Shown one piece after another: positions 51,960-64,000 of a DNA stretch of 64,000 nucleotides. The notes beneath the pieces were generated by a model that was given only the letters and a program-made list of their open reading frames with translations, had not been told where the DNA came from and searched no databases. Within the stretch, counting starts at the first letter, position 1; every line of letters begins with the position of its first letter. Source of the stretch: Trichosphaerium sp. ATCC 40318 (Eukaryota > Protista > Tubulinea); assembly GCA_038496445.1 (NCBI GenBank), contig JALMLS010000631.1, positions 62,001 through 126,000 of the forward strand, written 5' to 3'. Both the position numbers and the translations under genes were made by a program.

Positions 51960-52290
51960 GTGCTAACACTGGTTTTCACTCGTGAGATGATATTAGAAGG
52001 CCTGCGACTGTCGAACCAGGGGCAACACTGCTCCACCAATAGGGCGTGTACCACTTAACATAGTGGAAGTTGTTTTACCGCCCTGTCAGTTGTCTATTTT
52101 CTCCGATATCTTGATACAAGGACCTTCAAAAATTGGCTTTCTTGCTTAAAATAAACGCAGGCGGATGACCCTCTGCATTTTTAAAACTGCCAAAAACATG
52201 TTGGCCCGTTGTCAAACTCGGTCGTTGGGCCAGTATAAACAAAGCTAAAAGACAGGCAATACCATTAACAAAAAGGTGAGCGACTAGCAC
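51960..52290. ncRNA. Candidate ~330-nt structured RNA with terminal pairing and a possible pseudoknot, family unknown
   Basis: About 44% GC versus AT-rich flanks; terminal GTGCTA/TAGCAC pairing, a long irregular hairpin, two further hairpins and crossing helices. Confidence 0.45.
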
Positions 52291-52790
52291 AAAAATATTA
52301 ATGCTGTACCGCATTGTGCAAAGACTCGCATAACAAACTCACACAGCTTTTGTTTTAATTTTTTGCTTGTAGCGTTGCGTTGAAGTACTTGTAGTGATAG
52401 TTAAACGCATTGTGTGGCTTGTTAATTAATTCTTCAGAAAAAGTGCGTATTACACTGTAAACCTTTTAGAATCCTCTTAGCGCGCAGTTTGGTAGAATGA
52501 GCGCCCATTTAACACCAAGGATTTTCCGAAATTTTTTCGCGCCAATCCAAGTTTTCAATGAAACAGCTGCATTTCGCATTCAGTATTACGCGAATTTCAC
52601 GAATTTTGTAACTCTCCCAGCGCTAATTTCTTTATCTCTTTTCACATTAGCACTTCGTAGTGCATTTTGAAAACTGCAAGTGTCACACCAATGAAATTTG
52701 TACAGAAATTAAACTGTTTTGCTTCATGACATATTGTCAAAGGCGTTTCAAGTAGGAATTGACTCAGAATATTATTGAAAACAAACTAAT

Positions 52791-53738
52791 ATGTTTGCGC
52801 TAGGTGACATTATGAGTTCTTCAATAACTGTGTTGGATCTACCACGTGAAATTCAAACGTATATTTGTACTTACAACATTGAAACATTCACAAAGTTCCA
52901 TACACTATCAAAAAGAGCAGCTATCAATACACATTTTGATGAAGCATTAGAACGAAAAGGAAAATGGATAAGATGGTATAAAAGTGGAAAAGTACAGTAT
53001 CATTCCTATGTAACAAATGGACCACGTACGAAGTGGTATGAAAATGGTCAACTTAAAAATCAAATCATGTGGGTTGATGATAACCTAAATGGTGAGAGCA
53101 AAGGATGGTATGAGAATGGTCAACTTAAATATCTAACTCCGTGGCTTGATGGTGAAGAAAACGGTGAAACTAAAGAGTGGTTTGAGAATGGTGAACTTAA
53201 GGAACATTATATCCACCTTAATGGTAAACTAATTGGTGAACGCAAAGGTTGGTATGAAAATGGCCAACTTAAACATCAAAGCATGTGGGTTGATGGTAAA
53301 CTAAATGGTGAAGCCAAAGAGTGGTATGAGGACGGAAACATTAGATCAAAGGGAGTATGGAAGAATGAAAAAGGTGAGTTTGAGGAGTGGTATGAGAGCG
53401 GTAAACTCAAGGAGCGAAGTACATTGATTGATTGTAAACAAAATGGCGAGGTGAAGAAGTGGTATGAGAATGGTCAACTTGCAGCACAACATATGTATGT
53501 TGATGGTAAACTACATGGCGAAAGCAAATACTGGTATGAGAATGGACAACCCAAGGAGCAGTACATTTACATTGATGATAAACTAAACGGTGAAAGCAAA
53601 TACTGGTATGAAAATGGACAACTTCAGAGTCAGATGATGTGGGTAGATGATAAAAAACATGGTGAAGCCATATCATGGCGTGACAATGGAAAGCTTCTAG
53701 AACGATGCATGTTTGTTGGTAATGAACGCCAAGTTTAA
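52791..53738 (+). CDS. Intronless F-box plus MORN-variant (YwqK-like) repeat protein
   Basis: N-terminal VLDLPREIQTYI (F-box-like), then about ten 24-aa WYENGQLK....VDGKLNGE repeats. Confidence 0.9.
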   Translation: MFALGDIMSSSITVLDLPREIQTYICTYNIETFTKFHTLSKRAAINTHFDEALERKGKWIRWYKSGKVQYHSYVTNGPRTKWYENGQLKNQIMWVDDNLNGESKGWYENGQLKYLTPWLDGEENGETKEWFENGELKEHYIHLNGKLIGERKGWYENGQLKHQSMWVDGKLNGEAKEWYEDGNIRSKGVWKNEKGEFEEWYESGKLKERSTLIDCKQNGEVKKWYENGQLAAQHMYVDGKLHGESKYWYENGQPKEQYIYIDDKLNGESKYWYENGQLQSQMMWVDDKKHGEAISWRDNGKLLERCMFVGNERQV

Positions 53739-53906
53739 CCTTTCAGTAGTAAAACAGGCAATGCTGTGTGTGAATCAATATATACAAGCGGCATGCTATT
53801 GCTGCTAACAGCTAAAAAAAAGACTAAATCCATACAAGCTAAAATCCAGCTGAAAAAAACATGAAAAAGTAATACAATAAACTAACTCTTTATAACCTAC
53901 ACATAA

Positions 53907-56900
53907 TCATACAATGAATAAGAATGAACTTGAAGCTTCACGTGATATTTGGGGTTCATCAGCAGATGTTGTCAATTTGATAACAGCAACACTGATGTTA
54001 TCAAAAGAGTCCATCGAATATCCAAAGTCTCGTAAACGAATAGCTGCTTCATGCACAGTATCACACTCGTTTACAATTCTAGCAGCTTCATCTGATGTCA
54101 TGACATCCCAGAGGCCATCACATGCTATAACTAGATAACTACCTTGTTGGAGAGGTATTTCTAGTACATCTAAGAAAATAATAAGAAAACAATCAATATC
54201 AAAAAAAAAGCACGTGAAGACACGTACCTGGCTTAGGGCTAATGACCTCTTTGAAAGCAGTGTCACCTTTACATTATAAGTAAAACAAAATTGACGTAAT
54301 GTATAGAGTACCAATGGCCCTTGCTACAGCAATGCCCTGAGCATGTATTGTGTTTCGTGCAAGTACACGTGAATTTGCAAGTAGTAAACCTCCAGCATCC
54401 TTTACACGACGCCTTTCAGCATCAATATAAGGCTTATGATCCTATTGTGAGTTTAGCCAAGGATTATGTTTAGACCCAAGCTGTTTACCTTTGTTTCTTC
54501 TATAACTTTCCCATTAGCACACAAAACACCACGTGCGTCACCACAGTTAGCTAACCATAGAGTAGTTTCATTGAAAATAGCAACTATGGCAGTTGTACCA
54601 CCTAGTAGAGAAAGTAAGTGTATGTCCTAGTGAATTAGTACGCACCTGATTTAGGGACTTGAGCGAGCTCTAAGGTAAATATTGTCAGTCCGATTACAAT
54701 AAGTACAACTTACCTGTATTTAAACCAATAAAACTTGTTTCAATAGCCTTTGGAATACTTGTACCTTTAACACCCATTTCTTCTTCAAAACGCTTTCTTG
54801 CCTATAAAAAGCATACTCAAGTCAGTCAACCTTAGAGGACCTGTATTCGCATACGTTTAATACGCAATAATCAGCTGCGAAGCTACCAGCATGTCCATCA
54901 AAAATGCCAATAAAACTATACTTATCCGTTGTTGAAATAACCACAGAATCCTCCTATTGTTGAACAAGGTTAGTGGTTGTGACAATAGTGCGTTTGACTT
55001 ACCATTGATGCTCTTCTGCCTTGCATTTCTGCAACACCTACATTTGCATCTGCTCTATTATTAATTGATTTTTGTTGCCTCTCATCAGCATGCAAGTTGA
55101 TCATTGAGCGTTTTCCTAGTGTTGCTGCTTGTTCAGGTTGAAAAGTTGTCAAAGGGTTTCCTTCTACATCTATCCATTCGATACTATTTGATACTTTTGG
55201 AACAGATATAAAAGCGCAGTTCTTTAGGAGGAGTCTCTTAAGACAAAGAAGATTTGTCAAATCAGGTAATAGCTTCAAAGTGTAATTCCCAGAAAGATCA
55301 ATATAAGTCAACGCTTTTGGCATTGATTCAATGTCATCAAGTCTATTATACGCCAAATTGAGTACAGAAAGAGTAGTCAGTGATAGGAAGTCTTTGGGGA
55401 GCTTTGAGAGTTGATTGAAGCTAACATCAAGCTTTCTTAGAGAAGCAAGGGTCATAAAATTATCGTCAAGCGATTTGATTGAATTATTTGATAGAATCAA
55501 AATATCAAGGTACTTAATATCGTATATCTCTTTTGGTACTTTATCAAGATCACATCCGCTTAGGTTTAGTTCTGATACATACTCATGGAACTTTGGACAA
55601 AGAGAGAGTTTGTTGTAGCTTAGATTCTAAGGCAAGTTATTTAGTGAGAGTGATATGATTTTACTGTACCATTTTTGTGCATATTTCAGTGCATCGTTCT
55701 AAGTCTTCAGGTATTTTTACAATTTTGTTAGCATACAGGTTTAGGTCTGTAAGACCTGGTAGTAGCCATAGTTCATCTGGAACATCAACAATATTATTGT
55801 TTCCAAGGTGTAGTGTACGTAAATGTTCTAATTTTTCTATACAGGCGGGGATAGAACCGAGTGCATTGAAACCAACTGCGAGCTATATCACGTGATAAGC
55901 AAAAAAAAATGAGAACAAAAAATCCGAAAAAATTCACCTTTTCTATCCTTTCGGAACTCCCTACACAAAAAATCAGTCGCGATTATATGAGCATTAAGTA
56001 TGTACCAATATCAGAGGGTAGATCTTTAAGTATATTATGAGATAAGTCGAGATCTTTACTTAAAGTTAGCGTTTAAGTAAACAAAAAAAGAGAGTTGTCA
56101 ACCTGTCAAATCAGTACAATGCTTAATGCCTTTAATTTCAGATAAGTTGTTATAACTTATGTCCAAGCTTTGTAATTCAATTGGTTTAGGTATTTTTAAA
56201 GTGTCAATTGTGTTGTGAGTGAGTGAAAGAACCTCTAATGAAAGAAATAATAAGACGAAAAGCGCATAAATAAAAACGTTCCCACACGTGTGGAAATGAC
56301 TTGTACCGATTTTTTCGAGTGGTGGGAACGTAAAACTACTTGTGAAATTATTAAAACCAAGATTAAACTTCTTCAAGAGCTGCATATCCTCCATACAATC
56401 AGGAACTTTTGAAATATTATTATGTGAAATATCCAAGTAAGTCAAGTTGTATGCTGATGTAATAGACCCTGGTATGTTTTTGAAATTATTATACGATAAT
56501 ACTGCTTTCTTTAATCGTGGAAATCTCAATTCTGAAGGAAGCTTTAAGATGAAGGTTAGCGAGATGTTGATTTTTGTTGATTTTTTCAGAATTTTTTGAG
56601 TTTTCCAAACGACAAAGAGAAGCGCTGGGTTTTTTTGAGTTTGATACCTTTTTTAAGTAGTTGTGATGAACTTCCAACGTTCTAAGGCTCGCCATACTCA
56701 TATCCTCTTCGTCACAGACAAAATCAGTTAAAACGTTATCAGTTGCTAGAAGACACTCTAGGGATTCCATTCGTAGCGTATAACGAAGTTTTTTGACACT
56801 ATTTGAAGAAATATCAAGGCTCTTCAAATCTGTCAGTTTTACAATTTCTTTTGGGATAGTAGAAATAGAATTACCCTAAGACGTTATTATTATTAGAAGT

Positions 56901-57313
56901 TCATTTTGAAGGCCTGAAAATAAAACAGAGTTTTCTTTGTTTTTTTAACGTACAGGAAGTGACAGGTACTGTAGGGCGCGTAGTTGTGATATCTGAGGCG
57001 GTATTTTCTTGATATGGTTGATGTCTAAGCGTAACGTCACTAATGTATGTATATGGCATATTGCATCAAAATTCTGTAAAGAGCACTCCGTAATAACCAG
57101 TGTGGCAAGTGAATCAAGCTTTGAGATATTTGAAGGTTCGAATTTAGTAATTGTTGAGTCGCTCAGTTGTATTTCGTTTATTGTCTTTATTTTGGCGTGA
57201 TTTTCTACCTCTGCGATAGGATCGGGGAATGTATTAAGGTCAAGGAGTGTTTCTCTGTAATGTTTGCGCCTACTGTGCGTCTTACCAGCAGCTGTACTAT
57301 GGCTAGCGCCCAT
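53907..57313 (-). CDS. Leucine-rich-repeat PP2C phosphatase (PHLPP-like), probably N-myristoylated
   Basis: MGASHS myristoylation motif; many LxxLxLSxN LRRs; PP2C motifs QGRRASMED, FDGHAG, ANCGDAR, DHKP, IAVARAIG, IACDGLWD, DNISV. Confidence 0.92.
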
Positions 57314-58108
57314 TCCGTTTAAAAGAGATGATAAATTAGTAATGCAGCCAAAACCGACTAATTAGACATGCGAACGCAATCACCGGCGTTTGTATATTGC
57401 TGACGCTACTTTATAAAGCAATTAGATTAAGTTAGAGTAACAATCTGTAGAAAAAATTCCTCCGCTCTTTGTTTTTATTCTACAAAGGTTTTATGTGCCT
57501 TGAGGTAAAACTGACAATGTGAAGAAACACAACATTAATAAGAATCACACCTTGCTATTTTTTTCTTATCGAAAAGCACGTGAACACAATTGCAAACTAG
57601 TTGCTGGTAGCAAGTATATCAGGGCATTACTTGCTTTTAAATAACAGAGTTGCCGATCTAACTGACCAGTTTCAAGAGAAAGAGAGCGAAAAAACAGCAA
57701 AAACTGTTTTGTACTTGTTTTTCCTCTTGCTTAAAACCTACGTAGTAGTTTTCTAATTTGTATAATAACACTCTATGTGCGTAGTAGTAGTGTGTAAACC
57801 ATTGACTACACACTCTAGTTAAAGTCTACCTATTTGTAGAAGTAGCAAAAAAGTGTTTGCCAAAAACATGCTAGGTACTTCTAGAACTACCAACGTGAGT
57901 TTATCATTTACCGTTGCAATACTTCCTTTTATGTAATAGAACGGCCTTGAAACAAAACTAGATATCTAAAAAAGCATAACTTTGCAGCTTTCAACAGCGC
58001 ACCACCTTCTCTTCGTCTAAGGTACTATTTCTATTACACCAGGCCATAGCCGTTTAACTCTTTAAATAGCTTAAACCTAAAACGTACCCGCTTTATTGAA
58101 AGGCAAAC

Positions 58109-59583
58109 ATGGCTACTACAACTGAACCAATTGCAAAGCGTCTGAAAGCAGCACAACAAGACAAAGAAGAAGACCAACTGATAACATTCAAATGCGGCGA
58201 CTTTGCATTCACGCTCACCAAAGATGATATTGACGCTCATCCCTTATCGTTGTTTACGTCTATGTCTCATTTCGAATCAGCTAGTACTGAATCAACCGTA
58301 ACAGAGTCAGTAATGCAAGAAAACAGGTACAGACACGACAAGCATACCCCAGCAGCACTCATAGCAGTTGCTAAAACACTTGCAGGCACTCAAAGTTCCT
58401 TCCAACTATCGTACAGTTGGTTAAAACAGGTTCCTTAAAAGGAAAGGAAAACGATGTTACTGATGCTGCTGGTCTGTACCATGCAATGGACTACTACGGT
58501 ATTGCTGAATCATGGGAGGATTTCGATATTCCACTACGTAAGTATAGTTGCTGCATACAAAAACAAACGGGTTTTTTTATCTTTTTTTGTTGTTGTTGGA
58601 GACTTCGCCTTACAAGCTTTTGTATAGCATTGAAAGCGCGTATTCTAAGGATATTGAAAATTGTCAAGGTTTGTCGGACGGTTTACAAAACATTGGAACC
58701 TTTACTGGTAGCAGAAGTAAGCACTACTTTGGGTTTTTTTGAAGATATCTTTTTTTTTTTTCTGTGGATAACCTTCTTTATTAGGCAAGTAAAGGAAATA
58801 CAAAGTATAAAATAGCCATTGGGCCATTTCCAACAGCTGACCTTAACAGTCATATTGCAGAGAAATTCTTTTCTAAACGTGGATTGGTACACAAGTCCCT
58901 GGCAGAAGATACAATTGTTGCCTTAACTTTTTTTTAAAGAAACTAGAGATAAGCTCTGTCTGGATTTTCTATTGGAGTGACAGTCATGTAGATCCTAAAA
59001 TTGTGGAGGAAAAATACGAATCTGCTATGTCTGGCGATTTCTGGGATTTTACTGACTTGAGTACGTTAACAAGAGATTGTGACTTAAACGAACTATTGCG
59101 AACTTAACAAAAATAGCTGAACAATTGTGGGCAATAGCGCTTCACAGTAAATGGGGTTTTGTAATGGAGGGAAAAGAGAAACTACGGGAGCTGTACATGG
59201 AAGATGCAATGTCTGGTAGAAAGGAGTTTCTTGTAGTTATTGCTGACAAGCAGCGTTGCTCTCGCCAATTTCATACCAATGCTAACTATACACTTTATGG
59301 GTAAGTGTGGATTCTGTTGATACTATTGTAAATTTATCTTTTAGGCCAATGGGTGAACTACATGACAAAGGCATGAAGAAAAGACTTACCAAAGTTATAT
59401 GCGAATTTCTAGACAACCCAGTATGTTTGATTTAAATGTTGTTTTTGAAGTTTTAAGCTGATTGAATACTAGCCTTTAATATGCACCACTCGTCGCTCTG
59501 GATATGATTGGCACGTGAAAATGTCTATTCCACAACCTGATGACAGCGAAATTGATAAAATGATAACACCTTGTGGCGTATAA
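58109..59583 (+). CDS. Protein with an N-terminal BTB/POZ-like domain
   Basis: LITFKCGDFAFTLTKDDIDAHPLSLFTSM ... LYHAMDYYGI resembles KCTD-type BTB; the rest is unassigned. Confidence 0.55.
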
Positions 59584-59827
59584 TACGCGAGGATTTGTAG
59601 CACTTTCAGTTCAAATAAATCGATTGTTTTCAACTGTTTACATCACCCTGAAACTTCACTGCGTTGTACTGCCATATCAATGTAATAACCACGTTATAGA
59701 ACAAATACAAAACTATTAAAAGAGGACAAAGCGCGCGGTTTGGGTTTTTTTTTAATTAATTGTTAATATTTACATCTCATTTTTGTCTCAAATGTCTTAT
59801 CTTTCTTTTTACTAAAATTTCTTTTTT

Positions 59828-62800
59828 TTAAATATTAGCGAGTTGTTCCCGTATACGAGTAATGATTTTGGCAATTTCCATGACACCCGTATTCTACAAT
59901 GATAAGTTAACAAAAAAAGAACCCAAAGAAATCACGTGATAACGTACATCAGCGTAGAGAAGGCAAAGCTTAATATCACCAAGTACAATTTTAGCATTAT
60001 TAATCTCGTGTTTTAACACCATCCTGTAAAAGAAGAAATTAACAAAAAGACAAAACCCATAATAGCGAACAATACAACGAAGTGAAATAAAAGAAAAAGC
60101 TGGTAAAAGAGATACAACGACATCACCAAGCTCAAAAACGAAAAGCCGACGAAGGTTAGTTTTTAGTTGGCAGCAAAAAATAAAGCATACTGACATACCT
60201 AGCTAGTGTCGCATTATCATTTGTTTGTGGTGGCACAAATACTGGCATGGTGGTAATATCAACAAACTTACCGGCATTCATTAGCTCCTAAAACGGTGTC
60301 AACATTCTGGTGTTTTTAAAGCTAATCAAACACTCACCTTTTTAATAAACTTGATTGCAATGACATAGCTACGTAATCTATCTGGATCTGTCAAGGTGGC
60401 AACCTCTGCAAGCATGACATTGAGTTTAGCTACCATATCAGCAAGTACAGTAGGTAAACCCTGACGAAGCCTCTTAATACGATCACCAGTCAATTCGGAC
60501 TTAGACTTGGTCGACTTCGCTGTAGGAATTGGTGGTACGTCCGTATGTGGACTAGATGGCATTGGAGGCTCATCTGAAGGAAGAGGAGGAGCATCAGAAC
60601 TGTAGAATACAAACGTTAGCTCCTCTCAAACGCAATTAAACAACAAAGCCGTACTCTTGTCGAACAATTTTTGACTTGCTTGGACGTCTTGGTTTTGTTC
60701 CTCTTGGAGAAGGATCACCGCTCTTTGGTGAATCTCTATTCCTTGGACTTCTACTCTTGGAGCGTCTCTTTCCACCAATAGAGAGCTTGGAAACCTTTTC
60801 AGCGCCAGAAGTCTTTCTAGCCTGCTTTTGTCTTACTTCTCTCTTTTCTCGGCTTGGTTTTCTCTGTTTTGGTAAAACAGATGGTCTAGCTGAAGTCTTG
60901 GAACCAAAAGTATTCGATTTTTGTATCCCTTTGTCTGAGAAGGAGTATTAGTTTTAGTTTCATAATTGTTGAGAAAAAAAACAAACACTTTGCTTTACCT
61001 TGCTTCATGCCTTCTTGTAATCGTCTTGGACTCCATGTCCCTCCAACTACATTTCTATTCTTTGTTTGACCTCCATTTTGTTTGGGATACCTAAGAGATA
61101 CCAAATCAACACAACCAAAAATTTCTTTGAAAAACCAAAAAAAAAATGTTGCAAACTTACGCTGAGTGACGTCTATCCAATGAGTCTGTGGGTGTTGTTG
61201 TAACAATTTTTGGAGATTTTCGCCTACCAGCACCAACAGATGCTGAAAGCCTAGGAGTTGCTTCAACTTGTATACTCTCCATAGTACGTTGAGCATTTCG
61301 TTGAGCAGTACTAGCAGCAACTTGGCGTTTGCGACGAAGCGTAGAAATGCGGTTGTTGAGGCAATCCAATTTCGCTAAAGAAGCTTTAAAGGCTTTGAGA
61401 CCTTTTTCAAGCTCTTGTTGAAGTATAAGCTGCTCAGGACCTTTGAAAGAAGCTGGTGAGTAAAATGAAAAAACTGATTAATTGAAGTACCAATGAGCTT
61501 GTTGTTCAAGATAATACCAAACTCTAAGCTACGCTCAAACTGTAGTATAGCATCTGCGAGTTCATTCCTCTTATCTTCATCGTACATGTGGGCATTTTCG
61601 TTGCTCAAAAATTCTTCTGCAAGTGCTAGAGGACCAGCGTTTACCTCTTTGAACCAGTTAGAAGAAATTTAAACAAGAAATCACATTGACAAGTTAATAA
61701 CTCGTACGTAGTAGTAAAGATCCTTGTAGTTGCATTTGAAGTGTCTTCGTATTAGGAGTGCTAGATGCAAGCTCTGATTTAAGCATATCATTCTTCTTTT
61801 GCATAAGATGTAAGGCATTCTCTATCGGAGATAGCTCTTCCTAAAAACGAATAAGTACATAGAAATAACAAGAAAAACTGTGAAGTCTTAAAGATACGCA
61901 CAAGATCTTGAGCAATAATCTCAATACGTTTCTTGATGAATGGGAATGGGTACTTTGTTGTGAATACAGTACGTCTAATATACTGACTAGCTAAACCTCC
62001 ACGAGCCTTTTTAGAATTCTTTGTGAAAGGTTGTTGCATATAGAACCGACCTTTAAAAAAAACTGTAAGCACAAAACGCAAAAAAAAATAAACCGCTGGA
62101 CTTACGAATATTGAATGTCTTCTGATAAGGCTTTAGCCTCTCAGCCAAGTCTTCCTTGGTGTGATAAACCTCTTACATACACGTTAGTTCATTTACACAC
62201 CAAAAGTATGATGTATCTTACCAACATTGCCGACTTGAATGTAGTTTTTATCAGGAGCAAGTTCTTCAACTTTTACCTGTTGAAGATTACCCATGATTTC
62301 GATTGTACCAACTTTTGGGCCATAACGATTCTACAACCAACGTGTTAAACAAGTTAATAATCTTTGTATGATGACTGTACCTTGAGTATCTCAGAAAATT
62401 CTTTAACCATCACTGTAGAAGGCTCTTTATAAATATAACTCTGAAGAGCAGAAAGTCAACAAAAAACAAGTAGTAAAGAAAAAAGCAACAAGTAGTACCT
62501 TTCCATTGAGTTCTTTACCAAACCGCTTCCCGTAAAACGTTACTCGGTAGTAGAATGAGAAAATACGTTGTTGTTGGTCAGCCTACGTAAAATGTAAGAA
62601 TCCTGAGCAATACCGAAATCACATAGGTATTATACAATCTTATCGACAACGTACCTCATCTAGGATAGATTCGCAAAGCTGGGTCATATCACGGTAGCAG
62701 TTTGCTTGTTTTCTGTAATTGTCAGCATCTTGGTAGATTGGTAAAAGCATTCTGTAGGTTTGAATACACCGTTCATAAAATTTTCCAGTCTTAAGAGCTG

Positions 62801-64000
62801 AAATTGCTTCTTCTAACAAAGCAACAAACCCTTCTGTTGTAAACGTCTCAGATAAGCAAATTTCACTACTGAGGGCTGTCAAAGAGTCTTCAGGAGGAAG
62901 CTGAGCATCAGCTAAACCAGGACAAATCTTAGCCATTGTAGAGGCAATGTAATTGGAGTTCCATCTGTCCAAGGCCATGAGGTACTGTTGTACCAATGCA
63001 GCGATGACAATCTTTGTCTGAGCACACTCTTCCATACTACCTTGCCGACTATGATGTAAAGCCAAGCTCTCCAACCACGTAATACGTAAATCTGGAGACT
63101 CTAGAAGTTTGTTTGTAATGTCATACTTGAGATCAGCTAACATTTCTGGATCATAAGAATAATCACGCATTTTCTTGCTATCAACAGCAATTGATGCAAT
63201 GCGCTTTTCAAGTTCAGCCATTTGGGTATGTAACGGTAATGCAGAGTCATCTTTGAGTCCCATACGTTTTAGAGTCACTGTCAAGACAGATAAGACTTCA
63301 CGTAGTGGTTTAATATTGATCTAAAGAGAATCATAAGCACATTAAAAATTATTGGTTCCTTGTGATTCTACAAAACGTACGCTAGTCATAGCGTTTACAA
63401 TCTTTGTTACAGCAACTGTTGTTTGCAACTTCATTCTTGAGATATTACCCATCTCGCCGTGGTTCTCCTATGTAAAAAATCAGCACTGTAGGCAACTTAA
63501 GGTATCCGGCTACGTACTGTTATAAATGTGACAAGTGTCACTAGAGCTAGCTGACGCACAGCATCAATGCCACTGTTAGCGTGTACCAAGACACAATGAC
63601 ACAAGTCTCCAATCACTGAGTTTTGCATATTGAATAACTGAGGTCTAAAAAACTGTAGACAATAATGCAGTGCTTCATAAATAATAGTGAGAGTTTCTGT
63701 TGCTTGATTTGCCTTAAGCAAGGCAACAAAAACATTGAAAACCTTGGCAAACATAGTCTCCTCTCTTTGCATTGTACGCTTTAAAATGTTGATGAAATCA
63801 ACTACAGCACTCAAAGCTGTCAAGCTGACAGCACGAAAGAAGTGTTGCTCCTTTAATAAATGTTAGAAAGACATATTATCTACAAAGGTACAAGGTACCT
63901 TTACAACTTCTTCCACAGAATCAAAAGTCTCAGCCTTGGCTTCAGATGTGTATGATAGCAACATACGGCGTGTTGTTGTACGCTTGGAAAGACTCATCAT
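59828..64000 (-). CDS. DOCK/zizimin-family Rho GEF (DHR-2 domain), 3' part; continues off the right edge
   Basis: SPDLRITWLESLA, YYRVTFYGKRFG, IYKEP, FPFIKKRI, LQMQLQGS...VNAGPLALAEEFL. Confidence 0.92.

Noticed and set aside
51960-52290. Assignment as RNase P/MRP, SRP RNA, U17/snR30 or cobalamin riboswitch
   Set aside because: Only partial motif resemblance; CR-V position, SRP helix 8, m1 and the B12 core motifs do not fit, so it is left unassigned.
52980-53700. Regularly spaced TGGTATGA(A/G)AATGG repeats resembling a CRISPR array
   Set aside because: They are in-frame 72-nt coding repeats (WYENG) of a MORN-variant protein, and there are no cas genes.
58387-58429. Possible fifth GC-AG intron in the BTB gene
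   Set aside because: An in-phase GT donor lies 6 nt downstream, so the GC donor is not required.
1-64000. Alternative genetic code or mass pseudogenisation suggested by the fragmented ORF track
   Set aside because: The fragments join through short GT-AG (some GC-AG) introns into intact proteins, and TAA, TAG and TGA all occur as real terminators.
1-64000. Transposase, reverse transcriptase, Fanzor/TnpB or viral hallmark genes
   Set aside because: No such motifs were recognised in any frame.

Overview
This is compact, AT-rich (about 36% GC by eye) eukaryotic nuclear DNA with about 25 protein genes. Most are broken by many short (mostly 35-60 nt) spliceosomal introns with GTAC(G/C)-type donors, read in the standard genetic code. 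Gene content suggests a free-living protist, probably amoebozoan-like (inference). In order, the genes are: F-box protein, BMT5/DUF2431 methyltransferase, small ubiquitin-like-fold protein, MORN protein with an intronic tRNA-Thr(CGT), SYCP2/Red1-like protein, Yak1 kinase, TRMT2, repeat protein 1, a BRCT-IPT-DUF4062-NACHT-TPR-WH2 STAND protein, type I membrane protein, RapGAP, small basic protein, MFS transporter, RCC1 protein, TMX-like PDI, NAGPA, FtsH-like AAA ATPase, VMS1/ANKZF1, repeat protein 2 with a PD-(D/E)XK-like domain, NRDE2, two intronless probable HGT genes, LRR-PP2C, BTB protein and a DOCK GEF. The most notable observations are a family of ~65-70-aa helical-repeat proteins (with or without a nuclease-like domain, with mitochondrial-type presequences), two unexplained structured ncRNA candidates (~8.95-9.18 kb and ~51.96-52.29 kb), an NLR-like protein with unusual accessory domains, a probable meiotic axis protein, and strong CACGTG enrichment. 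Gene models were spliced by eye and family assignments come from motif recognition, not database searches.
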